A stretch of DNA of 64,000 nucleotides from Phoronis australis (GCA_002633005.1 NMRA01000017.1:1305474-1369473); one strand, 5' to 3'; shown: positions 38,301 to 50,400, counted from the first letter of the stretch. The notes: a model not told the origin generated them from the letters alone. Program-made: numbers and translations.

Positions 38301-41093
38301 TCCCTTTTTCATTTTTGAATGTTGGCAACTATGCAAAAGGCATTTCTTCCTTACTTACACCGAAAATGGAATCATAAAATAGACTACTACAACAAACAGG
38401 TCCGTCAATACTTTCCTGGCGTTAGTACCCGCGCTGCCCGACAGAGGAGGCGATCGCCTATTTGATTTTAACGGTTATCAGCAATGTCGCGTTGAACGCA
38501 CGTTTCTGAGTGCCGTTCGATCTCTGACGACATTTCATCGGTAAAACTGAAAAAATCCGTTACGGCTCTCCACCAAATTTTAGAATATGAGAGCAAATAT
38601 ACGTCGCGCAATCCTATTCGGGCTATACAAGTGCAACACTTTCACGACTCGTGAACACAGTGCCTCACTCATGAGCGGCTCAGGGGGCACCTCAGTTTGG
38701 TTCACTAAACGTACCCAAAAACCACTGACGGGCATTGGACCTTAAACACGGCCTGGTGAGAGCATGGAGTCATGCAGTAAGTAATGCATTATTTCGAAGC
38801 TTTGACATCACCTCCAGTACGTGTGACTGAGGAACAATTTCAGAGACCGATTTCATATCACTAAGTGATCTAAATCAAATATTGCTTTTGCGACACAATG
38901 TGGGTAAATAATTGCTTTAATCAACAAGAAGCCATGTCACACGATCCTTTCACAATGTTAGATCATAGTACATGTAGGCCTATAGGCTCTACTTACCGAA
39001 TTCCGGTATTTCGACGCATCTCACACTCCCCTCTTCCTGTAAACACACTTTCGTACCGGAGCAAGAGAAAGGACGCTTCTTTGAAATGGAAGAATTGGAG
39101 GGACAGTCCATGTAGAAATAGCTTTTGGATGGGAAATTAACACTCTCGCAGTGATAGCCGCTGACGGCGTTGGTACAGTTTAGGCCGCGCGCATCTACCA
39201 CCTGCACTGCATGTATGACGTCGACGATGCCAAGGATGACAACCGACCATGACAAACCTAAAATGAGGGACGCAAGGAGAGAAATATATGAGTTAAAATC
39301 ATTACAGACAACTTTTGTATCGCACTTATTTACTAAGATATATGTCGATGGAGATCGCAAGTTGAATGTTTTGGAAGACTGTGTATGCTTTGTGCATGCA
39401 CTAACTATTTAAAAACTGCTTGATATCTCGAACAAAATGGACGAATTCGACATATCGGACTCTTTCGGAAACGTCCAAAAAGTTCTTTTAATAAAAGTGG
39501 TGGTGTTCTTTCTGTAGCTTGTATTGCCTACCAAAGTGCCCTCATTTACCAGTGGACTTTAAAAGTATTGTGGGAGGATCTAACGATTGAGCACCAGATT
39601 AAAAAAATCAATTCGCATAAAATGAAATGTAGTAACGTGTTCCCATTGAAACCTTACGTGTCAACAAAAGTCAGAGAACATGCACAGTAAGAGTCGTCTA
39701 GTGACGACTTCGTTTTCAAGTCATCAGCAAACTTGAAACATTTCAACGGCACCTTTAAGAACCAAAAGTCTCTAGCACCCCAGTTCGATGAATAAAAAAC
39801 CATTAGAATGGTTCCAGGGGATCAGTGTAATGGACGCAACTGAGCGGCATCCGCACGTCTGGCACAACACGTATCAGACCGCCTGCAATTCTTATTTTTT
39901 AGGGATCAAAATTGAGAAAATAATGACATCTTGTCGAATTCTACATACTTTCATTATGTAACAGAAATACAGAACGACCCAGAAAGATATCCCGAATGGA
40001 TTTTTAAAGGCTTTGCCACAGCTTTAGTTCCTAAGCTGGACGCCTGATCCTAGTAGCGTACGCGTGTTCAAAAACCAATAACGTCATGGAGAGAACACAA
40101 AAAACAAAACACATGGCCGAAGAAACATCACTTTACAATAGGAAGAGTTTGCGTGATACTGGTGTCTGATTAGAGCGAGATTGAACTGAGGTGATCAGTG
40201 GCGATAAAATAAATAGGTTGGCTTTCAAAAAAGTGAAAAGTATTCCGTCGCTCGTCCCTGTGCCCCGGCTCTCTCTGGCGAGCATTAAGCTTGGATGAGG
40301 CGGGAAATTTACTTACCTTAAAGAAATAAAATTATAAAAACCAGAATTACCTCCGCAACTTCTCTTCGAAAAAATCTTCGGCAAAGTGACCAGAATAAAA
40401 TTTTGCCTTGATGGCGAATGCGTGGTCTACTGTAGCCATGAAATTCCAAACCATTATGCTTTGCACGAAGGCGTGCCATTTCCTATCTTCACTTCCGGGA
40501 ATCGAAAATAAGACTCACGGATGGGCCATCCCAAAGGTGAACGTTGTTAACCTAATCAAGAAAATGAACGACCACAAACCACAACAAGGTTCATTTGAAG
40601 TTCCCTCCTCTTTTCGCGTACTTTGGTTGTCTTACAATTTAAAATGTTAACTAAAATCTTATGCAATTCATAAAACATGCTTTGTTCACCTCAAAAAAAC
40701 TTGCTCCAAACTCTGTAATCCTGAACAAACTAAAAAATACAAAAAATAACAGCCCACGATAAAATACGTCTATCGAAATATAGGCGTGCTGTAAATTATT
40801 TCCATCGGCAGACAGTTACTGACGCCGAGCAGAGCGTGTGTCTGATCTCTGTACTTGAAACTCTATTCGAAGACTGACCACGTGCATGTCACCATCGAGT
40901 AAACTAACCTAACATATTTGTACTCGAGTCATGCAGCGTGATGAGTACCAGTAGTGTCTGAATTCAGCGATTAAATTAGAATTACATATAAAACACGCAC
41001 GTATACACTTACAACAACATAGTATAATGTTTTCACAGAGACCAGGTTGCACAGAATAGCGAACAAAATGTACTCACCATGATGCGAGATCAT
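29390..41093 (-). CDS. Secreted CE4 polysaccharide (chitin) deacetylase, paralog B: signal peptide + two six-Cys modules + linker + catalytic domain (~505 aa; ~537 aa with optional linker exons)
   Basis: Exons (minus) 41093-41078 (caacaaaATG ATC TCG CAT CAT G|gtgagt), 39257-38997, 37855-37580, [optional 33448-33386 and 31923-31891], 31521-31293, 30125-29390. Frame MISHHGLSWSVVILGIVDVIHAVQVVDARGLNC... Motifs FVYFSIDDGI, EINSHGTTH, GMRAPFL, SYDTS, LNMHFAWF. The phase-2 intron in the catalytic domain is at the same position as in paralog A. Confidence 0.86.
30951..31254. mobile_element. MITE (non-autonomous DNA transposon)
   Basis: Imperfect TIRs CAGTAGCGGATTTAGGGGGCC... and ...CCCCCCCC...CTGGATCCGCCCCTG; possible TGT target duplication. 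Confidence 0.6.
31955..33099 (+). mobile_element. Kolobok-like non-autonomous DNA transposon (same family as 47420/49055)
   Basis: TIRs AGGAGAATGCCA.../...TGGTATTCTCCT with TTAA on both sides (31951-31954, 33100-33103); internal sequence collinear with 49055-50723, including a THAP remnant. Confidence 0.8.
33700..36950 (+). mobile_element. Degenerate non-LTR retrotransposon with restriction-like endonuclease (Hero-like, R2 group)
   Basis: Fragments LKKQWKDAEESEKEGLPVLRDELR...FTTNPLKFAKELL, WLDLAN-like and FVDDLT RT motifs, CKGC...ETLHHMLL, and C-terminal VELIVPWEARVMEAYKRKLLKYSGL...FPVEVGCRSFV typical of Hero/NeSL REL domains. Many stops and frameshifts; antisense within a deacetylase B intron; boundaries approximate. 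Confidence 0.8.
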
Positions 41094-41180
41094 TTTGTTG
41101 CCCACAGGCACGGCCTGCCTGGAGTTGTTTTCCACACTGCGGAATCACGAATAGTTGACGGCTACAGAACAAATGTAAGG

Positions 41181-41190
41181 CTTTTTATAA
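41181..41190 (-). promoter_or_regulatory. Candidate TATA box of deacetylase paralog B
   Basis: TTATAAAAAG on the minus strand ~90 nt upstream of the predicted ATG (41093). Confidence 0.4.
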
Positions 41191-41893
41191 TTTTGTATGA
41201 AAAAATAAAAACACCCGCTGTCGTACATGTGAGTCATTTTTCGTAAATTCTTTTTTTCACAGTGTCATTAAACTCAAACAAATCAGAAGTGTTTCCACAA
41301 TGAAGAGACAGCAAAACCAATTCATTGTCCGAATGTTTGTAGATTGGAGACGAAAAAGTATATAAAACAATACTTCACAAGTAGCGCGCGATTATTTATT
41401 GATGATATTACACACAAACGCCCGAAGGAAAGGCGCGACAGCTGTCGTTGAAGAAGTAAAAAAGCACCACAAAACTACGTCACATCATCAAGCTGTACTT
41501 TTCATTTCTTAACATTTGGACATTAAATCGTGCTCGGTCAACGATTTTTCTTCCAATTTTTATTCGGTGATATATTTCATTTAAAAGGAGACTAAACCCT
41601 GTTTCGATGACTTCAACCAATCCTCGTTCTGTCACGTTAGCGTCAATATTAAAAGATAAAAACAAGAATCAACAAAAACTCAAACACCCTGTGACACACA
41701 TTGCATATTATCATGGTTCTTGGTGGGTGGTCTTTCCCCACAGTTGTACTGTACGTGAAATTCGCTAAAAGTTTAGTTCACGCTTTCCTGTTTAACAGAC
41801 TTCGAATGGAGTTTCCAAATTTTCCTGCAAAGTTTTGAAGGTTGTAGAGGGTTAAAAAGCATTATTTTGTTTCAGGGAGTTGTATGGAAAGCC

Positions 41894-44800
41894 TTTTTTA
41901 TGCGCCCACATATTTATATGTGGGTGCATATTGCCGTCATCTCTGTCTGGGCGTCCGGGCTTCCGGCGTCCGCGGCTGTATCTCCTAAGCTCCTTGCAGG
42001 ATCTTATTGAAATTTGGCAGGTGTGTTCCTATGGGGTTGACGACAGAGGGCGACGAGTTTCGGACCGACCCGAATACCGCTGTGCCCCCTAGTGGTAATT
42101 TTATTTTTTTACCTTTACCGGCCTCTGTATCTTCAAAGGTACTCAACCGATTTTCATGAAATTTGGCACATAGGCATCTATTAATGAGGTTACGCTATCC
42201 TTTCCTTTTCGGATGGATTCGAGGTATTTTGCGCCATCTAGTGGCCATTTTTAGTATTTTCGAGTCCGTTTTTTGGCGTCCGCCCCTCTGTCAACCAAAC
42301 CACTCTAAGGATGATTGCGAAAATTGGCATGCATGTTCTTACTATGAAGAGGACGGTTGACGATGATTTTGCGACGACTTCGACTACTGTGGCGCCTCCT
42401 AGTGGCAGTTTTGTTTGTTTTTGCGCCCATGGCTGTATCTCCTAAACGCTCCGCAGGATCTTTATTAAATGCTGCAAACGTGTTTATATGAAGTTCACAA
42501 AGGACGACGACGACTTTCGGAAAGATCGGACTACAGGTGTGCCCCCTAGTGGCAATTTTAATTGTTTACGTTTACCTCTGTATCTTCAAAGATCCTTGAT
42601 GGATTTCCATAAAATTTGGCAGGCGTCTATTAATGAGGTGACGCTATCCTCCCGTTTTAGGATAGATTCGGGTTATTTTGCGCCACTTAAATGCCATTTT
42701 TACTGTTTTCGAGTCTGTTTTTTGACGTCCGTCCCTCCATCAAACCAAACCACTCTAAGGATGGTGAAAATTGGCATCTATGTTCTTACTATAAGAAAGA
42801 CAATTGACTACGTTTTTCCGATGGCTTCGACTACCGTGGCACCTCCTGGTTGCAGTTTTGTTTTTGTTTTTATTTTTGTTTTTTCTTTTTGTTTTTGTTT
42901 TGCGCCCAGGCTCACCTGTATCTCCTAAGCCCTCTGCATGATCATTATTAACTTTAGCAAGAGTATTTATACGAAGTTAACAGCGGAAGACGACTTTCAG
43001 ACGGGTCCGACTAAAACTACCCCCTAGTGGCAATTTCATTTTTTTGTTTTCCTCTGTTTTAGGCCATAGTCCCAGCTCTCCTATCTCTCACCTCCGTGGC
43101 CACTTTCTGGGGGCAACGGGAACTTTGCTTTAAACCCATCTACAGATGTTCAAAAGTCAATTTCAAAAAAGTTCCCAAGAATACACTTGCACGTTTAGTA
43201 AGAATTTTAATTTAAAAGTTGGAAAAATATAACCTCAACTAATATGTTAGTTACCAAGTTTCAGTGCAAAATGATCCGAACAGCCAATCAAATGCCAGGA
43301 AAATATTGTGTCCATACCTTTCCCCTTCAAAAGTCGTCTGCTTGGCATGAAAACTTTCGTCAGAGGACAGTTAGCAAATGTTATCCTGCTGGCTCAGCTA
43401 GCTTGTTTACTGCTACTGACTACATTGGATTGTATTAATTCTTGGATGGGTGTGCAAGTAATAGGCAATTACCAAGGGCCAAGGCTCGAAACCAGCAGAC
43501 AGCAGTTAGGAATTGAGGAAAGCCAAACCAAGTGGCCACCAGTGTCATCGTACTGAAACAATTCTTGACACATTCCTGAATCATTTTGTGTTTCGCAAAT
43601 AACTGTTTTGGGACAGCTAGGACTCTGCTGAAACCATGAATTATTCAACGAGTGTGCGACTTCACAATAGACTGGCAAGATGTCTACCCCTTGTTGCATT
43701 CATGTGTCAGCTTCTGCTCAAATTTCTGATATTACCTGGTGTAAGGCTACTGCAACCAAACGTATCAAAACTGGGTACAAGAGAAGTATCATTGCTGATA
43801 AGTTTTAAGTGTTTGTGAAAAAACAAAGCTCTTGTCATGCGTGCATTCAGGGGTGAGGGGTTCGGGGGCTTGAACGAGCCTCCCCCATTTGGTAAAGTGG
43901 GTAAAAAGGTTTGCCTCAAAGAAACAAAAACTACGAAAAAGTAGAAAATGAGACAAAAGTTCACTAAAAAGGTAGGAACTACCAAAATTCGACGAACGCA
44001 CAATTCGTAGCTCTGAAGTACCCCGTGAATCTTAATAAATTTCCACATTCTCAAACACTCGAGCCCCCCATTTTTAGGCTTACAGTCAAGTGACCTAATT
44101 ATCGGACGTTTTGGCACATTTTGCATTATATTTAATTGAAAATACTACGGATTGTTGTAAATTCTTTGCTGAAATAAAGAATTGCCTTTATAGAATTGTT
44201 GTGTTACTAGATCTTGTCACCGAAAGCCACATTTATGTTCCGACTGAACTTTAAAAAACACAACAAGCAAACCTTCGGAGAACCTAAATATCGGACACCA
44301 TGTTTCCCCATATGCCACACCGCGGAAAACTGACTAACCACGTAATGGCCGCGGGCACCTTGTAGCCAAATTTCAGCTCGAGTGTTTTGCCATATATGCT
44401 GCTAGAACACAGGTCCATTCACAACAAAATTATCCATAAAATGAAATCTGATGACGGCGCCAAGTCATTTCGATGAATTAGTGCAGACGACTAAAGCACG
44501 TGCAAACTCACTGCAGTTTTTATTATCACTTTGGCTTCTTGATATGACACCCGCACGTGCGCGGTCGGGGTTTGACTTGAGTTTAAAAACAAATGAAAAA
44601 ATGGAACAGTAACATATTGTCAGTTCAATGAGAAAGTTTCATTGTGGAAAAAGATTTTATTTTCAACTTTTATAACCGATTTATGCGATCGTCCATTTTA
44701 GGCCGACTTTGGGGTCTAAATTGCACCCTCTCTCGGTGAAATCAAAACGAGGCAACGCTGTAAAAAACGAGACGGTGCCGGACATTGAATGCATTACAAC

Positions 44801-47325
44801 GGAACAACAATTGGTGTCATTTAATTCTCAGATTATGCTTCAAGTAAGATTTTTTGAAATGTCCGATATTTAGGTTCCGTCCGATAATTAGGTAGGTGTA
44901 GTGTGGGCATGCTTCTATCACAAGCAGTGTTACAGACACTAACGGATGTAACAAAAATTGAAAGAGCTCTTAAAAAAGAAAAAGACCAAGCTGATGATGG
45001 AAATAATGTTGAGCTCACTAGAAAATTAAGGAAATTGTCATTCAGTTACATGTACATTTAACAGTGCTCAAAGAAATATACTATACATGTCTTGCCACCA
45101 CAATGAACCACTTGCAACAAATCAGATTTCATCACAGGGGAACTTCACAAACAAAAGAAAAGTTGAAAGGCTATCCCAGTTCCAAACATTCAATTGTCAA
45201 TACGCCTACCTATTCTTAATTTGAAAAGGTGTCATTCATGGTAAATAATCTTTAGTTTAGGTCACAGAACAAAAATTATTTTGCTTGATGAATTTGTAGT
45301 AATAGTGGTCTCAATCTCAAATGTATTGGCAGTAGTTTTTATCTACATGTAAGTGATAAGCACTGCTTTTTATGAACTTCTAAGCCTATTTTGAGATTTA
45401 TGTAAAATCATGAGCAGTGTTTGGAATTTGAGAAATATAAAATGGAAATATTGCCTATGTTCTGTAATTTATTTATCTTGAAAATTCAAATATTGCGTAG
45501 GTTTCAGTATCTCACATTTTGAAGATTCTTGAATTGAGTTTTTAGCAAAGGAAAATTTTTACTCGTCCAATTATGTGCTATTTAAAACAGGAAGCGTCAA
45601 ATGAAATTTTAGCTCTACAGCAAAAAAGATGCTTTTCAATTTCGAACAAAATCTATTACCAAGATGACCATTATTCTAGTTTCAAAGGCTGAACTACAGC
45701 ATTAAAGATGATAAAAATGTTTCTGTGTTTCAAATTGTTTGAAGGCAGCTGCACAGTGCAATCAATGCTAGTAACGATGATCATTTCTCTTAATGCTTAT
45801 TTTTGCTGAGCACTTACTAGACAAAATGAAATTTCAGTTGCTGGCCATTGTGTGCTAAAATGAAGATTATTTTGGTTATCTATTCCAGTTAAATAGGATT
45901 ACTGTAACAAGGTGTTAAGATGAAACGGTATCCAGGTTGTCAAAACTTTTTTTTATTTTGGGTAGGGTGCAGGCTTGCAGACATTTTTTTTTAACTTGAA
46001 CCATTTGTATGCAAGCTGTATGCCGAGACACCAACAGTTAACAAAGCACGCTACCACATATTCGGGTTGAAATCTGTGATCTGCCTCCTCATCATGATTG
46101 TTTGCTGTTACATGCTTAAACAGCAAACTACCAGTGTACCATTCACAAACGAGCCTTGCAACAGCATGTCATTGCACCATCTCCAGTTGCTAATGGGTGG
46201 CTTTTGGACCGGGGTAGTCTGATGCTCCACTGGATGACTCTGCCTTTAGCCCCAGAAAATGCCATGAAAAATGTTAATGGCAAGTGTAAAAGAAGTGGTT
46301 GTAGTAGAAAAATGTGCTCTTGTTTGGAGTCAGTTCTTTTTGTAGGAGCTCAGAATACAGTAGTATGTTTTCTGGCCAACAAGAGGCGCTGCCAAAAATG
46401 TTACTTTTTCTCTTTTTTGAGCAATTTTCCGCCTAATGTCATAATATTTATCACTTTCCTTGTTCAATAACTTCAAATGAACAAAACCCAATCAGATTAT
46501 CATTCAGTTTTTGTCTAGTGTTGTTGGATTTTGAAGATTGGTTTTCTGTGTCAAATTTTGCAAAAAGTCAGATTTTTGAGGTCAAATTTCTAGAAAACGT
46601 GCAAGTCAAACCTTGGGAACTTTTTAGATTCTTAAAGTATACTACTTAATGACCTTACAAACACTGGAATTATCTTGCCTTCAAAAAGTTGCCACGGAAG
46701 TGATTTTCTAAGCTTCCTAGAGTCGAATGGACTATGGCCTATTTCTCCGATGAAGTTCCCTGACGAATTTTCATTAAATTTGTTGAATAGCTTTCCATTA
46801 AAGAACGGAGACATTTTCCGGTTTTTAGACGGATACGACGTATTTTGCTTCATCTAGTGGCCCCTTTTACTGTTTTCTCAGTCAACCAAACCACTCTTAG
46901 GATGATTGTGAAAATTGGCTTATGTATTGTTAGTGTGAAGAGGACGGTTGACAATGATTTTCTGGCTTCAATTACTGTGGCGCCTCCTAGTGGCAGTTTT
47001 TTTCGCCCTTAGCTGTATCTCCTACGCCCTCTGCTGAATGTTTATTAAATTTAGCTAGTGTATTTATATGAGGTTGACAACGGAAGACGACAACTTTCAG
47101 ATGGATCCAATGAATGCTTTGTCCTCTAGTGGCAATTTCATTTTTTCCGTTTTGCTAAAATTTCTTAGCGGATTTTCATGAAATGTAGTAAAAACTTTCT
47201 GTTAAAAAACGGTGACATTTTCCAGTTTTTTTTGATGGATTCAAAGTATTTTGCATTATCTAGTGGCCATTTTTATGATACAAATAAACACCCTAGAAGC
47301 ACGCTGTTTGCAGTGCATTCGTGCA
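41894..47325 (+). mobile_element. HINE copy with well-preserved ~150-bp array, split by an Academ-like insertion
   Basis: 5' block TTTTTATGCGCCCACATATTTATATGTGGGTGCAT; array motifs at ~42082, 42231, 42391, 42539, 42680, 42838, 43020, resuming after 46744 (46850, 46979, 47120, 47258); 3' block GATACAAATAAACACCCTAGAAG... truncated near 47325. Confidence 0.8.
43060..46741 (+). mobile_element. Academ-like DNA transposon, internally deleted
   Basis: Termini TAGGCCATAGTCC...GGACTATGGCCTA with further imperfect TIR (TCAC(C/T)TCCGTGGC); 3-bp TSD TTT (43057-43059, 46742-46744), whose removal restores the HINE unit. Internal remnant LPPHHDCLLLHA*TANYQCTIHKRALQQHVIAPSPVANGW...HWMTLPLAPE...KCKRSGCSRKMCSC (~46081-46323) resembles the Academ transposase C-terminus plus Cys-rich tail. 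Confidence 0.75.
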
Positions 47326-47419
47326 AACTCGACGATTTGAAACGTATCTTGAATGAAACGAATTGGAAATGCGTTTGGAAAGCTTCCCAAGACGTCAGCA
47401 AATATTCATAGTGCCTTAA

Positions 47420-50400
47420 AGGAGAATGCCACCCAAAAACAACCTATTTTGTATCAATTTAGATCGAGTAGTTCTACTCGATAACGGCACGTTCGGTTGC
47501 GTTACCTGACACCTGACGGCAGACGGAGGTGTTGAAATTTTGAAATTATCCAATGACGTCATTGGTTTCACACGCAGTCAGTTCAGCAGTTCACAACACG
47601 GGTTACTGGTGTTAGCTTATCGCTTGAATTCATCGTTTAACACCAATAAATCATCAAACTTCTATGTAAAACCCTTAAAATACACCGAATTCTTATAAAA
47701 ACGTGTTGTTTTATTTCGCTGTTACGGATTTATTGGTATTTGGACACACCGTAGCCAGAGTTTGGGGTCTGTTCGGAGATAATTCGAAGTATTCTTCCGT
47801 GAAATACAGACAGAAAAACCTAGATCTGTGTTGTTTAGAATTGTGATTTTTTGAGTTCTAAACACATAAAACGCTTGTTATCCCGGCCAGTGGCTCAGAA
47901 CCCGATCAGACCCGTCGCGGCCGGACTGACTCGTAATCCCGGCCAGTGGCTCGGAACCCGATCAGGCCCGTCGCGACCGCCGGAACTGGCACGAACATAA
48001 ATCAGCTTGAGTTGGAAACTAAACCTCCAGTCACTGAAAGACTATAATAGTTAGCCAAATAATGTGCACGTACTTATTTATGTGAATTAGCCACGAAACT
48101 GAAAAACTACTTACTTGTCGGGGGCCGCGAAGTCGGGTTCCCCTTCCACAGACCGTCAGGGCAAAGGTTGTACAGTAACAATGTATTTCTATTTCTAAAT
48201 AAAGATTCCCCTAACATGTGAATATAGCATATAAAATCGAGTAATTGTTTCACAACAGCTTTCTGTCAGTAAACACTGAATTAGCATGCGCTTACACGGC
48301 CTCGGTGCCCGGTCAATTACCTTTATTGCCGGCATCAAAAGCCGGTAACGCATTGGTTTATTCATTGCTGACTTCTCAACATTTGCACTCAAGAATACTG
48401 CAAAGGCATTACAATTTGTATCTAATGAGACAGACTTTGTTTCAGTTTTATATAAGCATTGGTTAGGATGAGAATAATTCCTTTTGAAACAGAACGCAGA
48501 ATAATAAACGTCTACATGGAAACTCAGTCGCCCGGCGCCAATCCCGACTTAATCAAGAGCTCATCCGACGAATACTTCACAGTTGGATCGTTAGGTTTCA
48601 CAGGCTATCAGTTCGAACGGAATACACTGATCAAGAAATACTAGAGAGGCGCCGTGAACATGCACAGGCAACGGAACGTATGGATAGTTCTTTGGTAAGC
48701 CTGAATTTGTCAAAGAAATCACTGTCGACGAAATGCCGGCCACAGACACGAGCGGAGATGTTTCACGGCATCATACTCGCTATCAACGCCGTACCTTTCA
48801 TTCTTCACTATCGCGAGGCACTTCCTAAGCATTTCGGACTCTCGGGGAAGTCGAAAAAACGATATATCCGCTTTCTTCGCAGCTTCATAGTTCGGACAAG
48901 CGGGAACGATGCACCGTAATATAGCGGCATTCACTCTGCAGACAAACCACTGACGTCGCTGCGTCGTTTCTCACCTTCCTCACGGGTTAACGCCACACCT
49001 CTCGGCAAGGTGAAGTCGACCGTGTAAGAGGCGATGAGGATATAGACCGATTAAAGGAGAATGCCACCCGATTTAATTAGTCTTTTTTGCCGTCTTAATC
49101 GGTCTATATCCACATCGCCCCGCATACGGTCGACCTCACCTTGCCAAGAGGTGTCGCGTTGACCTGTGAGGAAGGTGAGAAACGACGCTAGCGACGTCAG
49201 TGGTTCATATGCACATTGAATGCCGCTATGTTGCGGTGCATCGTTCCCGCTTGTCCGAACTAAGCAGCTGCGAGGAAAGCGGGTATATCGTTTTTTAATT
49301 CATCGAGAGTCCGAAATTCTTTGGAAATGGCTCATGGTAGTGAAGAACGAAATGTACGCTGTAAATAGCAAGTATGATCAGGCCGTGAAACATCTCCGTG
49401 TCTGTGGCCTGCAGACGTCGACAGTGCCTGACGAACATGCCGGCTTACCAAATAACTCCATACGTTCCGTTGTCTGAGCTTGTTCACAGCGCCTCTCTAG
49501 TATTTCTTCATCACTGTATTCCTGTTCGAATTGATAGCCTGTAAAACTTAACGATCCACCTGCGAAGTCGGGACTGATGAGCTCTACGAGCTCTTCCTAA
49601 GTCGGGATTGAGAGTTGCTATTTTGGCGTTTATTACTGAGCGTTCTGTTTCAAAATGAATTATTCTCACCCTAACCAATACTTATACAAAACTGAAGCAA
49701 AGTCCGTCTCATTAGAAGCAATTCGTAATGCCCTTGGAGTGTTCGTGAGTGCAAACGATTTGAGAAGCCAGCAATGAATAAATCACTGCGTTACCGGCTT
49801 TAGGTGCAATAAAACTAATTGACGGTACACCGGCCGAGGCCGTGTGAGCTAATGCTAAATTTCGTGTTTGCTGGCAGAAGCTGTTGTGAAACAACTCGAT
49901 TTCCATATCACGGACACGTGTTAGGGGAATCTTTAGTACATTTACATTACTCAAGTAATGATTGTCAATGTACAACTTCTGCCCTGACGGTGCTGTGGCC
50001 AAAACGCGAACATGAATTCGCGGCCCCCGACGAGTAAGTAGATTTGCAGTTTTGTGGCTAATTCACCAACATAAACAGGTGCACATTACTTTGGCTCGCC
50101 AGTATAGTATTTTCTTGACTTGAAGTTTAGTTTCCAGTGAACTTTGGCTGGTTTATGTTCGTGATGTCTGATCATTTTCCGAGCCACTGGCCCGACGGCG
50201 GAGTCAATCCGGCCGGCCGCGACGGGCCAGGATAACAAGCGTTTTATGTTTAGAACTAAGGAAATCACTAGTCTAAACAACACAGATCTAGGTTCTCCTG
50301 TCTGTATCTCACGGAAAATAGTTCGAAATTATCTCCGAACAGACCCCAATTTCCTGCTACGGACCTCATTGGCCTGCCGAACTCTGTAGGCTACGGTGTG

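Noticed and set aside
40351-40426. Extra coding exon for deacetylase B using the downstream ATG at 41080
   Set aside because: The upstream ATG at 41093 has better context and splices in phase directly to 39257, giving a clean signal peptide.
48719-49477. Functional THAP-domain host genes
   Set aside because: Both copies are frameshifted, truncated and enclosed by transposon TIRs and TSDs.
49574-49600. Hammerhead ribozyme (CTGATGA-GCTC-TAC-GAGC)
   Set aside because: No GAAA follows stem II, and the motif is not conserved in the sister copy at ~48555.
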